NCBI GenBank assembly: GCA_037481775.1
Contig: JBBFKZ010000001.1
Location: 96,001-160,000, forward strand
Source of the DNA: Candidatus Bathyarchaeia archaeon
GTDB taxonomy: Archaea; Thermoproteota; Bathyarchaeia; Bathyarchaeales; Bathycorpusculaceae
Reading direction: 5' to 3'
DNA length: 64,000 nucleotides
Below are positions 40,098 through 49,980 of the stretch, one piece after another. Position 1 is the first letter of the stretch. Every line of letters begins with the position of its first letter. The notes below the pieces were generated by a model that saw only the letters and a program-made list of their open reading frames with translations, searched no databases and was not told the DNA's origin. The position numbers were made by a program, and so were the translations under genes.

Positions 40098-40885
40098 TAC
40101 TTTTCCCTTCTAAAAACGCCTTGACCACCAGCCTTAACGATGTTTGAGACGACATTTTGTGCAACTTTCTGTAGAATTTCTTCTGCGCGCTTATAGTTCT
40201 CTGCCATTACCTCAACAGCATATTTTGGAGCAGCAATTACAAAGAAATTAACGTTTGCACCTTTTACTTTTTCGGTTTTCACCGCGTTGAGGAAAGCGTT
40301 TTTGATTATCTTAACGCCGTTAGGTTTCATGCAGCGCACTTCAAGAATACCTTTTACCTTCACCAGTTTAACGTGTATTCGCTCAGCCGCAACCTCAGCA
40401 AAAGCCTTAGCGAAATTTTCAGGAATACCTATTTTCATCAAAACTTCTGGTCCTTCAGTGATCGTTTTTTCAAAACCTTCGTATAGACCATACTTTTCCT
40501 CTACGAGGGTTCCAGCCTTCGCATACACTTCTTCAACTGGCAATCCGAGTTTTTCTGCAACATCGCGAAGCAAGGACTCAGCCTTTCTGCCTTGCTTCCA
40601 CAGCTTAATCTTTTCAATCTTTTCTCGCTTAGTCACCCGTCTAAGGGATAAATCAATGTGGCCTTTTTCCGTATCTACGCGTAAAACTTTCAGAACAACT
40701 TTTTGTCCTTCCCTGACAAAATCACGAATGTTCCTTATCCAGCTGCTGCTAATTTCAGAAACATGCAGCAAACCGCGCTTGCCATATTCATCAAGTTTGG
40801 CGTACGCTCCATAGTCAGTGACAGTTTCTATCGTGGCAATTACGAGATCGCCAACTTCAGGCCACTCGGGTTTGCGTTCCGCCAT
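40097..40885 (-). CDS. eif2a: Translation initiation factor aIF2 alpha
   Basis: PEVGDLVIAT S1 domain, IDLSLRRV, AAPKY. Confidence 0.95.
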   Translation of the reverse strand: MAERKPEWPEVGDLVIATIETVTDYGAYAKLDEYGKRGLLHVSEISSSWIRNIRDFVREGQKVVLKVLRVDTEKGHIDLSLRRVTKREKIEKIKLWKQGRKAESLLRDVAEKLGLPVEEVYAKAGTLVEEKYGLYEGFEKTITEGPEVLMKIGIPENFAKAFAEVAAERIHVKLVKVKGILEVRCMKPNGVKIIKNAFLNAVKTEKVKGANVNFFVIAAPKYAVEVMAENYKRAEEILQKVAQNVVSNIVKAGGQGVFRREK

Positions 40886-40898
40886 TAAATTTTCGTCC

Positions 40899-41096
40899 CT
40901 ACTCAAGTACTGATTGTAACTCGCCTTTTATTTTTACTTTACCGCCCGTTGGCTCCGCAAGCACTTCACTACACACATTGCAAACAACCTTGTTCGTCGC
41001 GTTACTGAAGACTAACTGCTCATTTCCACATTTCAAACATTTGATGCGTAAAAAGCGGCTTTTAGGCTTAGGAATAAGTTTGTCCCATTCGGTCAT
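40899..41096 (-). CDS. rps27e: 30S ribosomal protein S27e
   Basis: PKSRFLRIKC..C, CNVC, PTGGK. Confidence 0.94.
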   Translation of the reverse strand: MTEWDKLIPKPKSRFLRIKCLKCGNEQLVFSNATNKVVCNVCSEVLAEPTGGKVKIKGELQSVLE

Positions 41097-41111
41097 TATA
41101 CTTCCTCCTCC

Positions 41112-41387
41112 TTAGGCTATAACAAGCTTCCTCAAGCGTATGCCATCTTTGTGGCGCATGTAACCACATTTTTTGCACTTAAGCCTTAAAGTCTGCTTTT
41201 TTGTAGTTTTAGCAAATTCATGCTGAAGCGGATATTTTTGTCCACCATACCCTTTCTTTTCGCGTTTGTGATGCCGCTCGCCTTTCGCTAACGCACGACG
41301 CTTTCCTGCCTTGTAGAGACTGACCGAATGAACCTGATGAGCCTTACATTTCGGACAGTACGTGGTAATTTCCTTAGGTACGTTCAT
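41112..41387 (-). CDS. rpl44e: 50S ribosomal protein L44e
   Basis: TYCPKC, GYGGQ, KTTKK, CKKC. Confidence 0.94.
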   Translation of the reverse strand: MNVPKEITTYCPKCKAHQVHSVSLYKAGKRRALAKGERHHKREKKGYGGQKYPLQHEFAKTTKKQTLRLKCKKCGYMRHKDGIRLRKLVIA

Positions 41388-41518
41388 GTTTATCGCTTCC
41401 AACTTCGCAATAGAAAAAACATGCACACTCTTATACTTTTTCTGTTTCTATCTCGCATTCTCTAATAGAAAAGACGCCTGCGACATAATTATTTGGAAGG
41501 CGCGCAGCACCCTGCCGT

Positions 41519-41571
41519 GATAGCCCCTCTATAGGTTTCCTGCATTGAATTGCTAATATGCGCCAAATATG
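41519..41571 (-). repeat. Right copy of the ~53-bp inverted repeat (partner 34104-34155)
   Basis: GATAGCCCCTCTATAGGTTT...CGCCAAATATG on the + strand. Confidence 0.8.
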
Positions 41572-41681
41572 CTACTTCAAGTTTTGTGAAACATACCCTT
41601 TCAGCCAGCACGTACTGCTTATACCCCAAGTATGGCTGATTAGAAAAATAGAAGGTCTTAGCAGGCGTGGTGCTTGAAGTT

Positions 41682-42023
<342 letters not shown>

Positions 42024-42121
42024 CTAGACGAGCAATATTAGGCTTTCTACCACAGCTGTACGCAGGTTACTTTTTCGCAAAAACATAATTTCGTCGAGAA
42101 TTATAGTCTATACAGATTAAA

Positions 42122-42904
42122 ATGCGCAAGTATTATTTGCCGCGTGGTATGCGCTACGCCACACTTGAAGAGCGGAAACATTTTTACACGCAAGAGTTTA
42201 GTCTCGAAAAACTGCAAGGATGGCTTGCAATGCTTAAGGGCAGGGTCAAATTTGCCGCTATTATTGGCAGACACACTAAGATATACCCTGAAAAATACAG
42301 GGATGACGCTGACACAACTATCCTTATAGACGAGTACAAAAGTCTAAGCGAATTGCGTGATTACTTAATTGAGTTTTTACCCGAAGCAGCATATTATGAT
42401 CGAAACGTTTACGATGAAAACGACCGCAAAACAGGGCAGGAACTTGCGTTTGACCTTGACCCAGAAAACATTACCTGCCCCATACACGGAACTCTCACTG
42501 ATAAGATGAAGCGGCATCAAGGCTTAAGCTTCTGCAAGATAGAACTAAACATGGTGAAGGCGCAAGCAGCTAACCTCTACGAGTATCTTGAAAAGCAGTT
42601 TTCGAATATGAAAATTGTTTATTCTGGTAGAGGGTTTCACATTCACGTTTTTGATTCCGAGGCTTACGCCTTTAGCCGAAAAGAACGGCGCCAAATTGCC
42701 CGTATAGTAAAAGAAAAAGGCTTTCAAATTGACGAGTGGGTAACTGCTGGAGGTATGCGGTTGATTCGGCTTCCTTACAGCTTGCACGGCTTGGTGTCAC
42801 GTATTGTGCTTCCAGTGGAGAAAAGCGAACTTGATCGCTTTGATCCCGTACATGACGAAAGGTGCATGCCCAAGTTTCTAAGCCAATCTACGCTTATTTC
42901 TTGA
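42122..42904 (+). CDS. Second PriS-like archaeo-eukaryotic primase domain protein
   Basis: ELAFDLD, YSGRGFHIH, IDEWVT, RLIRLPYSLH. Confidence 0.8.
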   Translation: MRKYYLPRGMRYATLEERKHFYTQEFSLEKLQGWLAMLKGRVKFAAIIGRHTKIYPEKYRDDADTTILIDEYKSLSELRDYLIEFLPEAAYYDRNVYDENDRKTGQELAFDLDPENITCPIHGTLTDKMKRHQGLSFCKIELNMVKAQAANLYEYLEKQFSNMKIVYSGRGFHIHVFDSEAYAFSRKERRQIARIVKEKGFQIDEWVTAGGMRLIRLPYSLHGLVSRIVLPVEKSELDRFDPVHDERCMPKFLSQSTLIS

Positions 42905-43060
42905 CTTCTTTGGCTTTCTTCTCTTTTTTTCCATAATAGTAATACTTTTTCTTTTTCTCGGCTTCTGCTTTTTTTGCCTTTGACATCAAAACTCCTCAAA
43001 TCCTTATATCTCACAGTATTAATAAAAAGATTATCCAAGAAATTTAAATCGAAAGATTTA
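42682..43060 (+). repeat. Copy 1 of a ~380-bp diverged direct repeat
   Basis: Colinear with 46175-46552 (offset 3493). Confidence 0.85.
42894..42986 (-). CDS. 30-aa Lys-rich microprotein, copy 1 (MSKAKKAEAEKKKKYYYYGKKEKKAKEVKK)
   Basis: GAGGAG SD; peptide conserved in copy 2 with mostly synonymous changes. Confidence 0.75.
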   Translation of the reverse strand: MSKAKKAEAEKKKKYYYYGKKEKKAKEVKK

Positions 43061-43214
43061 ACATGATTGCCCTTTCTTTCATAAATAATAGAGAACTCGA
43101 AAAATTCGATGTTCGTGTTTATGGGCTTATTTTATGGACTGCACATTTTGTTTGAGTTGGCTTCTGGCAGTAAGCAGGTAAAGAAAAAAGGAGGTTCTGT
43201 ATTTCTAGCAGACT

Positions 43215-45866
43215 TTAGCGTTTTCTGAGCATTAGCACCATTAGGACGCCAATTGCAATTATAGCTATAAAGAGAGCTATTACAGCAGGGATGAAATACT
43301 GATCAGCTATTGATGCTGGCTGAGGTGTGGGCGGAGGTGAAGGTGGAGGCGCATCGCTTGCGTAGAAGTATGTTGTGGCTGAAGAGCCATAGTAGGAGTT
43401 TGATCCCTTGAAAGAGGCGGTAAGCATGAATTTACCCGGTATTTGTGGGGTCCAGACAAAGCTGAAGGTGCCGTCAGCATTGGTCGTGGTAGTGCCAATG
43501 TCGTAGAAGTTGTTGTTGCTGTCAAGAACGCTTAGAGTGACTTCTACACCCTTAACGTTTTCTGGGTACACTTGCTGCTGATAAACATATTCCATAAATT
43601 TGCTTTGGCATTCTTCAGACACTGCTGGTACGCCGTTTGGGAACTTTAAAGCAACTAATCTTTGTTGCGTGCCAGGAGAGATGTCAGTAACACTGCCTGT
43701 TATTGTTATTGGCGTAGCAGTTGTAACACCTATGTTCGGCGCAGAGACAGTGGTTTTGGTCGGACCTTTGCCGAAACAGTATAACATGTTATCATATGCG
43801 TTTAGCGAAAATAGTTTCCCGTAGGCAACTGCCGCGGATCTAATGTATGTACCTAGTTCACTCCAGATTAGTTCGCCATTAGACGCATTCAGCGCTAGCA
43901 TTTGTGCGCCATGGAACAAGGGCGGATTGTATTCGTGGCCAATTGCGAAGTATGCTACATCACTTGTTTGGGCATCACAGTTGAAAACCCACAGTGGCCA
44001 AATACCGTACGGAGTTTCAAGTCCAGGATCCCCTATCAGCGTAGTTGTGTTAGTATACCATCTTAGGTTCCCCGTTTGCGTTTCAAAAGCCCAGATGTCT
44101 CCGCCTAAACCGTACCAATACATTACACCGTTTGCAACCCATGACTTAAGACTAAACAGATCGTAGGGATTGGGTGTTCCATCTCCGTATGGAGTTTTCA
44201 GCGTTTGTTCCCATAGTTTGTTTCCTGTTCGTACGTTGTAAGCGACCACTTTATAGTTGACGTCGTTTGCGATGGCAAGCACTCCTTCTCCGAATGAGCT
44301 TGTTGTTCTAGTGAAGGGCAGTAGCGCAGAGCATTCAGGGTAAGTCAAGTTTTGTAACCATAGCACATTGCCGGTATTCACGTCCATGCTTGCCACTACA
44401 AGCCAGCCGGGCACTTCTCCGCCAACTCCTTGTCCGTGAACGTAACCACCGCTCATAACGACGGCGTCGCCAGTTATAGCATTTATGGCTAATGATGGGC
44501 TGATAGGTTTACCAGAAATTTCTGTTGGTACAGGTTTTGCCCACATTACGCCGAGACGGAAGTCGATAACCGTATTTACTGATGGCCCCCAACCCCAAGA
44601 GTTGCCAAGTGCTTGAGACATGTTGAAAGCGCATAGAACTGGCGTGGTGATGTTTACTGTGCCTTTTATTGGTGGGCTACCGAAAGTTGGGGCAGGACCA
44701 AATGTTGGCATAGTACCACGTGTCGAGTTGATGTAGTAACCTATCAAGTGACCATGAGCATCTGTCCTAAGTGTCATTGAAGTGCCGTTAACAACGCTGA
44801 GAACGTATTTTCCAGTGAAGGCTGAATACATGTTGTACTGTGTTCCAACGTTGGAAATCGGTATGCCACCAGTTTCCGATGCAGAGAGAGAACCAACAGT
44901 CCAAATGTAAGGACCAACAACACCGTACATGTTAACAGTTTTCCATTCGGCAGTCATACCACATCGCAGCACAGAAGTGGTGTTTATTACAAACAGTGTT
45001 TCGCCCGTGTATATGTCCACTGCGACGATGCCATTTGAGTAGCCGGTGGTTTCAGGGTACCATGTTGAGTATAGTATACCGTTTATAATTACTGGCGCGT
45101 ATTGCGGCCAATACTGTCTTGTCGACCAGTAATGGCCTGATTCTTGGTTTCCTTCTATAGGGCCGCCAACCACGCCGCCTGGGCACCAAGGTTTGGTCCA
45201 TAGCACGTGACCAGAATATACTGATTCTGTGTATGGGTTATATACGCTGTTAACCGCGTAAAGCCCTGTTTGCGCGAAGGTAACTCCGGCAAGACCAAGC
45301 CACGGTCCAGTTATCTTGTACCAGTTTTCCACATTCTGCGCTGAAACGGGGGTTTCCCAATATTCCGTCGGAAGCGGAGTTTTTGGATATGCATACTCGT
45401 AAACTGGTTCCTCTTTCACCGTTAGCTCTACCCAGTCAGTTTCGCTTGGTTGATTTACTAACCCGCCAAATGGATTAGCAGAGCTGCGAGGACTTAGCGT
45501 TTGCCCTAAATAGACGAATCGGAATTTGTATATGCCTGCTTTGGTTGGAGTAAACGTGGTAAATGTACCGCCAGTCGTGTCGCCCGTGAAATTCCCCATA
45601 TACACGATGGTTCCATCAGGTTCCATGCGGTAAAGCGTCATGTTCGTGGGGCGTTCATTTGTTTCCATTGGTGTGGCAAGGAAAAAGTTAATAGTCGCTG
45701 TCTGACCGACGCCTATGGGGTTTGGTGCAACATTAATAAATGCGTATGTTGGTATTGGCGTTCCTACTGGAGGGTAGACTTGACTTAAAGCTATTGGCAA
45801 TGTCAATGTGAGTGTCAATAGAATTGCAAGAATTATGTGAAAAAATTTGGCTTTGGCAATTTGCAT
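43215..45866 (-). CDS. PQQ-type beta-propeller surface protein with signal peptide, Pro linker and C-terminal TM anchor
   Basis: APNPIGVGQ, repeated TG..LW motifs, YDNMLYCFGKGPT, PPPSPPP, TM + LRKR tail. Confidence 0.85.
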   Translation of the reverse strand: MQIAKAKFFHIILAILLTLTLTLPIALSQVYPPVGTPIPTYAFINVAPNPIGVGQTATINFFLATPMETNERPTNMTLYRMEPDGTIVYMGNFTGDTTGGTFTTFTPTKAGIYKFRFVYLGQTLSPRSSANPFGGLVNQPSETDWVELTVKEEPVYEYAYPKTPLPTEYWETPVSAQNVENWYKITGPWLGLAGVTFAQTGLYAVNSVYNPYTESVYSGHVLWTKPWCPGGVVGGPIEGNQESGHYWSTRQYWPQYAPVIINGILYSTWYPETTGYSNGIVAVDIYTGETLFVINTTSVLRCGMTAEWKTVNMYGVVGPYIWTVGSLSASETGGIPISNVGTQYNMYSAFTGKYVLSVVNGTSMTLRTDAHGHLIGYYINSTRGTMPTFGPAPTFGSPPIKGTVNITTPVLCAFNMSQALGNSWGWGPSVNTVIDFRLGVMWAKPVPTEISGKPISPSLAINAITGDAVVMSGGYVHGQGVGGEVPGWLVVASMDVNTGNVLWLQNLTYPECSALLPFTRTTSSFGEGVLAIANDVNYKVVAYNVRTGNKLWEQTLKTPYGDGTPNPYDLFSLKSWVANGVMYWYGLGGDIWAFETQTGNLRWYTNTTTLIGDPGLETPYGIWPLWVFNCDAQTSDVAYFAIGHEYNPPLFHGAQMLALNASNGELIWSELGTYIRSAAVAYGKLFSLNAYDNMLYCFGKGPTKTTVSAPNIGVTTATPITITGSVTDISPGTQQRLVALKFPNGVPAVSEECQSKFMEYVYQQQVYPENVKGVEVTLSVLDSNNNFYDIGTTTTNADGTFSFVWTPQIPGKFMLTASFKGSNSYYGSSATTYFYASDAPPPSPPPTPQPASIADQYFIPAVIALFIAIIAIGVLMVLMLRKR

Positions 45867-46174
45867 TTTCCTCTTTTCTCCTTTTTTAAGGCACATTACA
45901 TGCCAATTCCAATGTCCTTTGACTACGTATATAAATTTTAAGATTAAATCCTGATCGCAGAGCACAGCCTTCTTTATGAACTAGTCAGCACCATTGTTAC
46001 TAAAACAGGCGCTAAGCGCCTAATATGCGGACGGCGTACATTCATCTGGTCAAAAGCTGTTAAAAGCGCCTTCAACAATTTGCCGTCAGTATAAATCACT
46101 GCAATCTACGAGGGGGCTTATTTTCGATTCAAGCTAAGAGATTTGTTAGCTAAACAGCTATATCATATTAACAC

Positions 46175-46397
46175 AGAACGTCGCAAAATTGCGCGCGAAG
46201 TAAAAGAAAAAGGCTTCCAGATTGACGAGTGGGTAACAGCAGGCGAAATACGGTTGATTCGGCTTCCCTACAGCTTGCACGGCTTGGTGTCGCGTATCGT
46301 GCTTCCAGTGGAGAAAAGCGAGCTTGAACGCTTCGACCCTGTTCAAGACGAAAAATGCATACCGAAGTTTCTACGCGAGGTCACGTTTACTTCTTGA
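46175..46397 (+). pseudogene. 3' fragment of the PriS-like gene
   Basis: KEKGFQIDEWVTAG.RLIRLPYSLHG nearly identical to the 42122 gene C-terminus; no 5' part. Confidence 0.85.
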
Positions 46398-46479
46398 CTT
46401 CTTTGGCTTTTTTCTCCTTCTTTCCATAATAGTAGTATTTTTTCTTCTTTTCAGCCTCTGCCTTCTTTTGCTTGGACAT
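46387..46479 (-). CDS. 30-aa Lys-rich microprotein, copy 2 (MSKQKKAEAEKKKKYYYYGKKEKKAKEVKK)
   Basis: GGGAG SD; 29/30 aa identical to copy 1. Confidence 0.75.
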   Translation of the reverse strand: MSKQKKAEAEKKKKYYYYGKKEKKAKEVKK

Positions 46480-46599
46480 TAAAATCTCCCTTAATGCTTA
46501 TTTGCTTTGTTCAAATAAAGATTTTACTCAAGAAGCAGAAATTGAAAGGTTTATTTGCCATCTCACTATTACTTGAGAGTAAATGGAAGGGGCTTCTTT

Positions 46600-47973
46600 A
46601 TGGAAAAATTTGATGTTCTTGTTATAGGCTCAGGCTCTGGAATGATTATAGCTTCCGCCGCTGTTAACCAAGGCTTCAAAACCGCAGTGGTAGAACGCGG
46701 CCCAATGGGAGGAACCTGCTTAAACAGAGGGTGCGTCCCGTCAAAAATGCTTATTTACCCCGCGGACATCGCCGCCAGCATCCAAGAAGCAGCAAAGCTG
46801 GGTGTAAAAGCCTCAGTCACATCCATTGACTTCAAGGGAATAATGGAGCGGATGCGCCGCCTCATCACGGGAGACGCGACTGCCCAAGCACGGGCAGTGG
46901 AAAACACGCCTAACCTAAAATGGTTTAGAGACACGGGCGAATTCATTTCCGATTACACAATGAAAGTGGGCGAGCACATTATAACCGCAGAGAAAATTTT
47001 CATTGTTTCAGGTGCGCGACCAGGAATTCCTCCGATTAAGGGAATCAACAGCGTGGATTACCTGACAAGCGACACCGTTCTGATGCTGAAGGAAAAGCCA
47101 AGCAGCATCATAATAATCGGCGGCGGCTATATAGGCGCTGAATACAGCCACTTCTTCGCAAGCATGGGCACAAAAACCACAGTAATCGAGTTTACGCCCA
47201 AAATTCTACCTGGAGAAGAGCCTGAAATTTCTGACTTACTGAAGAAAGAGATGGAAAAAAGAATGGAGGTCTATACAAATTCTGAGGTTGTCGAAGTCAG
47301 GCAACAAAGCGGCGTTAAAACTGTAGTCACCAAAAACCGCGAAACTGGCAGCATAAGCGAATTCTCTGCAGAAGCTTTACTGGTTTCAACAGGCCGAGTC
47401 CCGAACTCGGATGTTCTGAAGCCTGAAAGGACAGGGGTAAAACTGGATGAACGTGGCTACATAAAAGTGAATGAGTATCTGGAAACTGGAAAGAAGAATA
47501 TTTGGGCTTTAGGCGACGCCATCGGTAAACAAATGTTCAAGCATGTTGCCAATTACGAGGCAGAAATCGCTTGGCATAACGCTGTTCACGATCATAAGGT
47601 TCCGATGGACTATTCAGCAGTGCCTCATGCAGTTTTCACTCATCCGCAAATAGCCTCTGTAGGATTGAAAGAGGCGGAAGCTAAGCAGCAGGGATATAAA
47701 ATAATGGTCGGGAAAGCATTTTATCACGAAACAGCCATGGGGGCTGCCATGGGTGACCCGGAAGGCTTCGTAAAAGTCATCGTCGAACAAAAAACAGGTA
47801 AAATCTTAGGTGGACACATAATAGGCCCAGAAGCCTCAATACTCATTCAGGAGATTGTTAACGCTATGGTTACCGAAGACAGAAGTTTCGCTCCGATAAT
47901 AAGAGCAATGCATATTCACCCAGCGTTGTCAGAAGTTGTTCAGCGAGCATTCGGAAAACTTAGACCATCTTAG
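46600..47973 (+). CDS. Pyridine nucleotide-disulfide oxidoreductase (dihydrolipoamide dehydrogenase/mycothione reductase-like)
   Basis: GGTCLNRGCVPSK, GGGYIG, HIHPALSE. Confidence 0.88.
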   Translation: MEKFDVLVIGSGSGMIIASAAVNQGFKTAVVERGPMGGTCLNRGCVPSKMLIYPADIAASIQEAAKLGVKASVTSIDFKGIMERMRRLITGDATAQARAVENTPNLKWFRDTGEFISDYTMKVGEHIITAEKIFIVSGARPGIPPIKGINSVDYLTSDTVLMLKEKPSSIIIIGGGYIGAEYSHFFASMGTKTTVIEFTPKILPGEEPEISDLLKKEMEKRMEVYTNSEVVEVRQQSGVKTVVTKNRETGSISEFSAEALLVSTGRVPNSDVLKPERTGVKLDERGYIKVNEYLETGKKNIWALGDAIGKQMFKHVANYEAEIAWHNAVHDHKVPMDYSAVPHAVFTHPQIASVGLKEAEAKQQGYKIMVGKAFYHETAMGAAMGDPEGFVKVIVEQKTGKILGGHIIGPEASILIQEIVNAMVTEDRSFAPIIRAMHIHPALSEVVQRAFGKLRPS

Positions 47974-48090
47974 TTTTGGCAGAAACGCCTCGCAAGACGT
48001 CAGAGCGCGTTTCCCCAAAATCATGCTGGGCACATAAAATTTCATAAAAGTTATATTAGCGGATACGAAAGGAATAGCGAGTGAAAAGCA

Positions 48091-48375
48091 ATGCCTTTTT
48101 CTAAAGTTTCAGGCGTTAATAATGCGCATAAAGTTATGGTATATGCCCTAAGCACGTGTGTATGGTGTAAAAAGATCAAGCAGTTCCTGAGAGACAACAA
48201 TGTGGAATTCGAGTATATTGACGTAGATTTATGCGAAGAGGGCGAGAAGGCAAGAATTCGCGAGGAACTGCAAAGCAAAAGCGGCAGCTTGAGTTATCCA
48301 ACAGTAATTGTGGATGATAAGATAGTGATTGTTGGTTTTAAGGAAGATAAACTGAAAGAGGCTCTGGGAATATGA
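48091..48375 (+). CDS. Glutaredoxin-like protein
   Basis: CVWC, SYPT cis-Pro, IVGF. Confidence 0.88.
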   Translation: MPFSKVSGVNNAHKVMVYALSTCVWCKKIKQFLRDNNVEFEYIDVDLCEEGEKARIREELQSKSGSLSYPTVIVDDKIVIVGFKEDKLKEALGI

Positions 48376-48935
48376 CTGAAATCACAATTGAAGCAGTGCG
48401 GAAAAGGGCGGAAGCAGACGCCAAAACATATGGATACTACTTGAACCCTGACGCCGAGCTTCTGCAAGGGCTCCTTGAAGGGCTGAAAGTTAATGAGGAA
48501 CGCTATGGTTATCCCTCTTGCCCCTGCAGGCTAGCCTCAGGCAAGTTTGAGTATGACCGGGATATAATTTGTCCATGCGACTACAGAGATCCAGACGTCA
48601 GCGAATTCGGCGCATGCTACTGCAGGCTTTACGTTAACAAAGAAGTTTTTGAAGGCAAAAAAGAGCTGCCAACGGTTCCAGAGCGGAGACCACTGGAAAA
48701 GCAGAGTAGAGCTTACATGGCTACATCGGTAGCTAAAGCAGAAACAGCGAGAGAACCAGCGGGCGTCACAGTCAAGGAACCGGAAAAAGTTGTGGAAGTC
48801 AAGCCGAAGTTATGGTATTGCAAACAGTGCGGTTACGTCGTTTTCAGGGATGAACCACCGTACATTTGCCCCATCTGTAAAGCAAAGAGAGAACTGTTCT
48901 CAGAGATAAAAGCACAAATCGACTTTACGGGGTAA
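48372..48935 (+). CDS. Ferredoxin-thioredoxin reductase catalytic domain fused to a rubredoxin-like domain
   Basis: CPCR, CPCDY, CYC; C-terminal CKQCG...CPIC. Confidence 0.88.
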   Translation: MTEITIEAVRKRAEADAKTYGYYLNPDAELLQGLLEGLKVNEERYGYPSCPCRLASGKFEYDRDIICPCDYRDPDVSEFGACYCRLYVNKEVFEGKKELPTVPERRPLEKQSRAYMATSVAKAETAREPAGVTVKEPEKVVEVKPKLWYCKQCGYVVFRDEPPYICPICKAKRELFSEIKAQIDFTG

Positions 48936-49003
48936 CCTATATTTCCCATTTATTGTGAACTCATCTAGTTAGCTGGTCGATTAATAGTTTAGTTTCAATT
49001 ACG

Positions 49004-49830
49004 CTATTCGCAAGCTTGCGGGGTAACACTAAGGGTGTCTTCCATTGCTGTAAGCCATGAGGTTTCGAAATAACTCTGAACTATCTCAACGAGTGAGGGA
49101 TTATTTGACATTAAAATTGGAGTTTCATTTGGAGCCGCCGTTGCAGAGATAGAAATACAAACTTCCTTCTTGTCATAAATCGCTAATGCAACCCTATGAG
49201 AAGTATTTATGTACCTGAGATTGAAAAGGGGATTTTTCTGCACAGATTTTGTTACGTGGATTAATGAATTTTCATTGTCAGATTTATTTATGATTAATCG
49301 GAACTTTACCCCTCTTTCCAAAGCCTTCTCGCATTCGTCATCGACATTGTGAATAAATTGCCTAAATTCATTCAATGTTGTAATAGCATCTAAACTTGTT
49401 CGAGTATTCTCAATTTTTCTTTTCACTCTTTTGATAACTTCTCTTTCAGGAATCAGGATGAATTGAGAATCCTCTTCCTGAATTTGCGATTTTATGTTTG
49501 AATTTTCCTTCTTGAACTTTCGGAGTAGAATAGTTGCTTTTTTCTGGTTTTCAGAAACCTCGTTTTTTTTTTGCTTGCAACCAAAATAGATAAACAATCT
49601 TCTATTGAAACTGGTTTAAACTCTGTTGGTCTAGATATTATTTTTTCAACCAAACTTTTTTCTTGTAGCTCGGCAAGCACCCGGTAGACTTCTTGTCTAG
49701 CCATTTTTGAATGCTTCGCTATTACTTTTCCAGATGCCTGTTTTAATCCGATAAGGCCAAGGTAGACCTTTACTTGCGAAATAGTAAGCCCCAGTCGAGT
49801 TAGAATTTGAACAAGTTCTTCCTCAACCAT
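49004..49830 (-). CDS. TrmB-family transcriptional regulator, frameshifted at an A10 tract (49563-49572)
   Basis: LGLTISQVKVY, RQEVYRVL wHTH in the first ORF; IYDKKEV..SNNPSLV effector domain in the second; A8 or A11 restores the frame. Confidence 0.8.
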
Positions 49831-49980
49831 TAACCTCTTAGTCTCCGCGGTTCCCTATTTATTGAAATCACATGCGGGCAACAAGCGTTTTGTCGCCACA
49901 AAGTTTTATGACAAATTAATAAATATTCTACAGTTTATAAGTTTTCTTGCTTCTATAAAATGAAAGGAGAAGAAAAATAC

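Larger units (their letters stand above)
46175..46552 (+). repeat. Copy 2 of the ~380-bp diverged direct repeat
   Basis: Colinear with 42682-43060. Confidence 0.85.
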
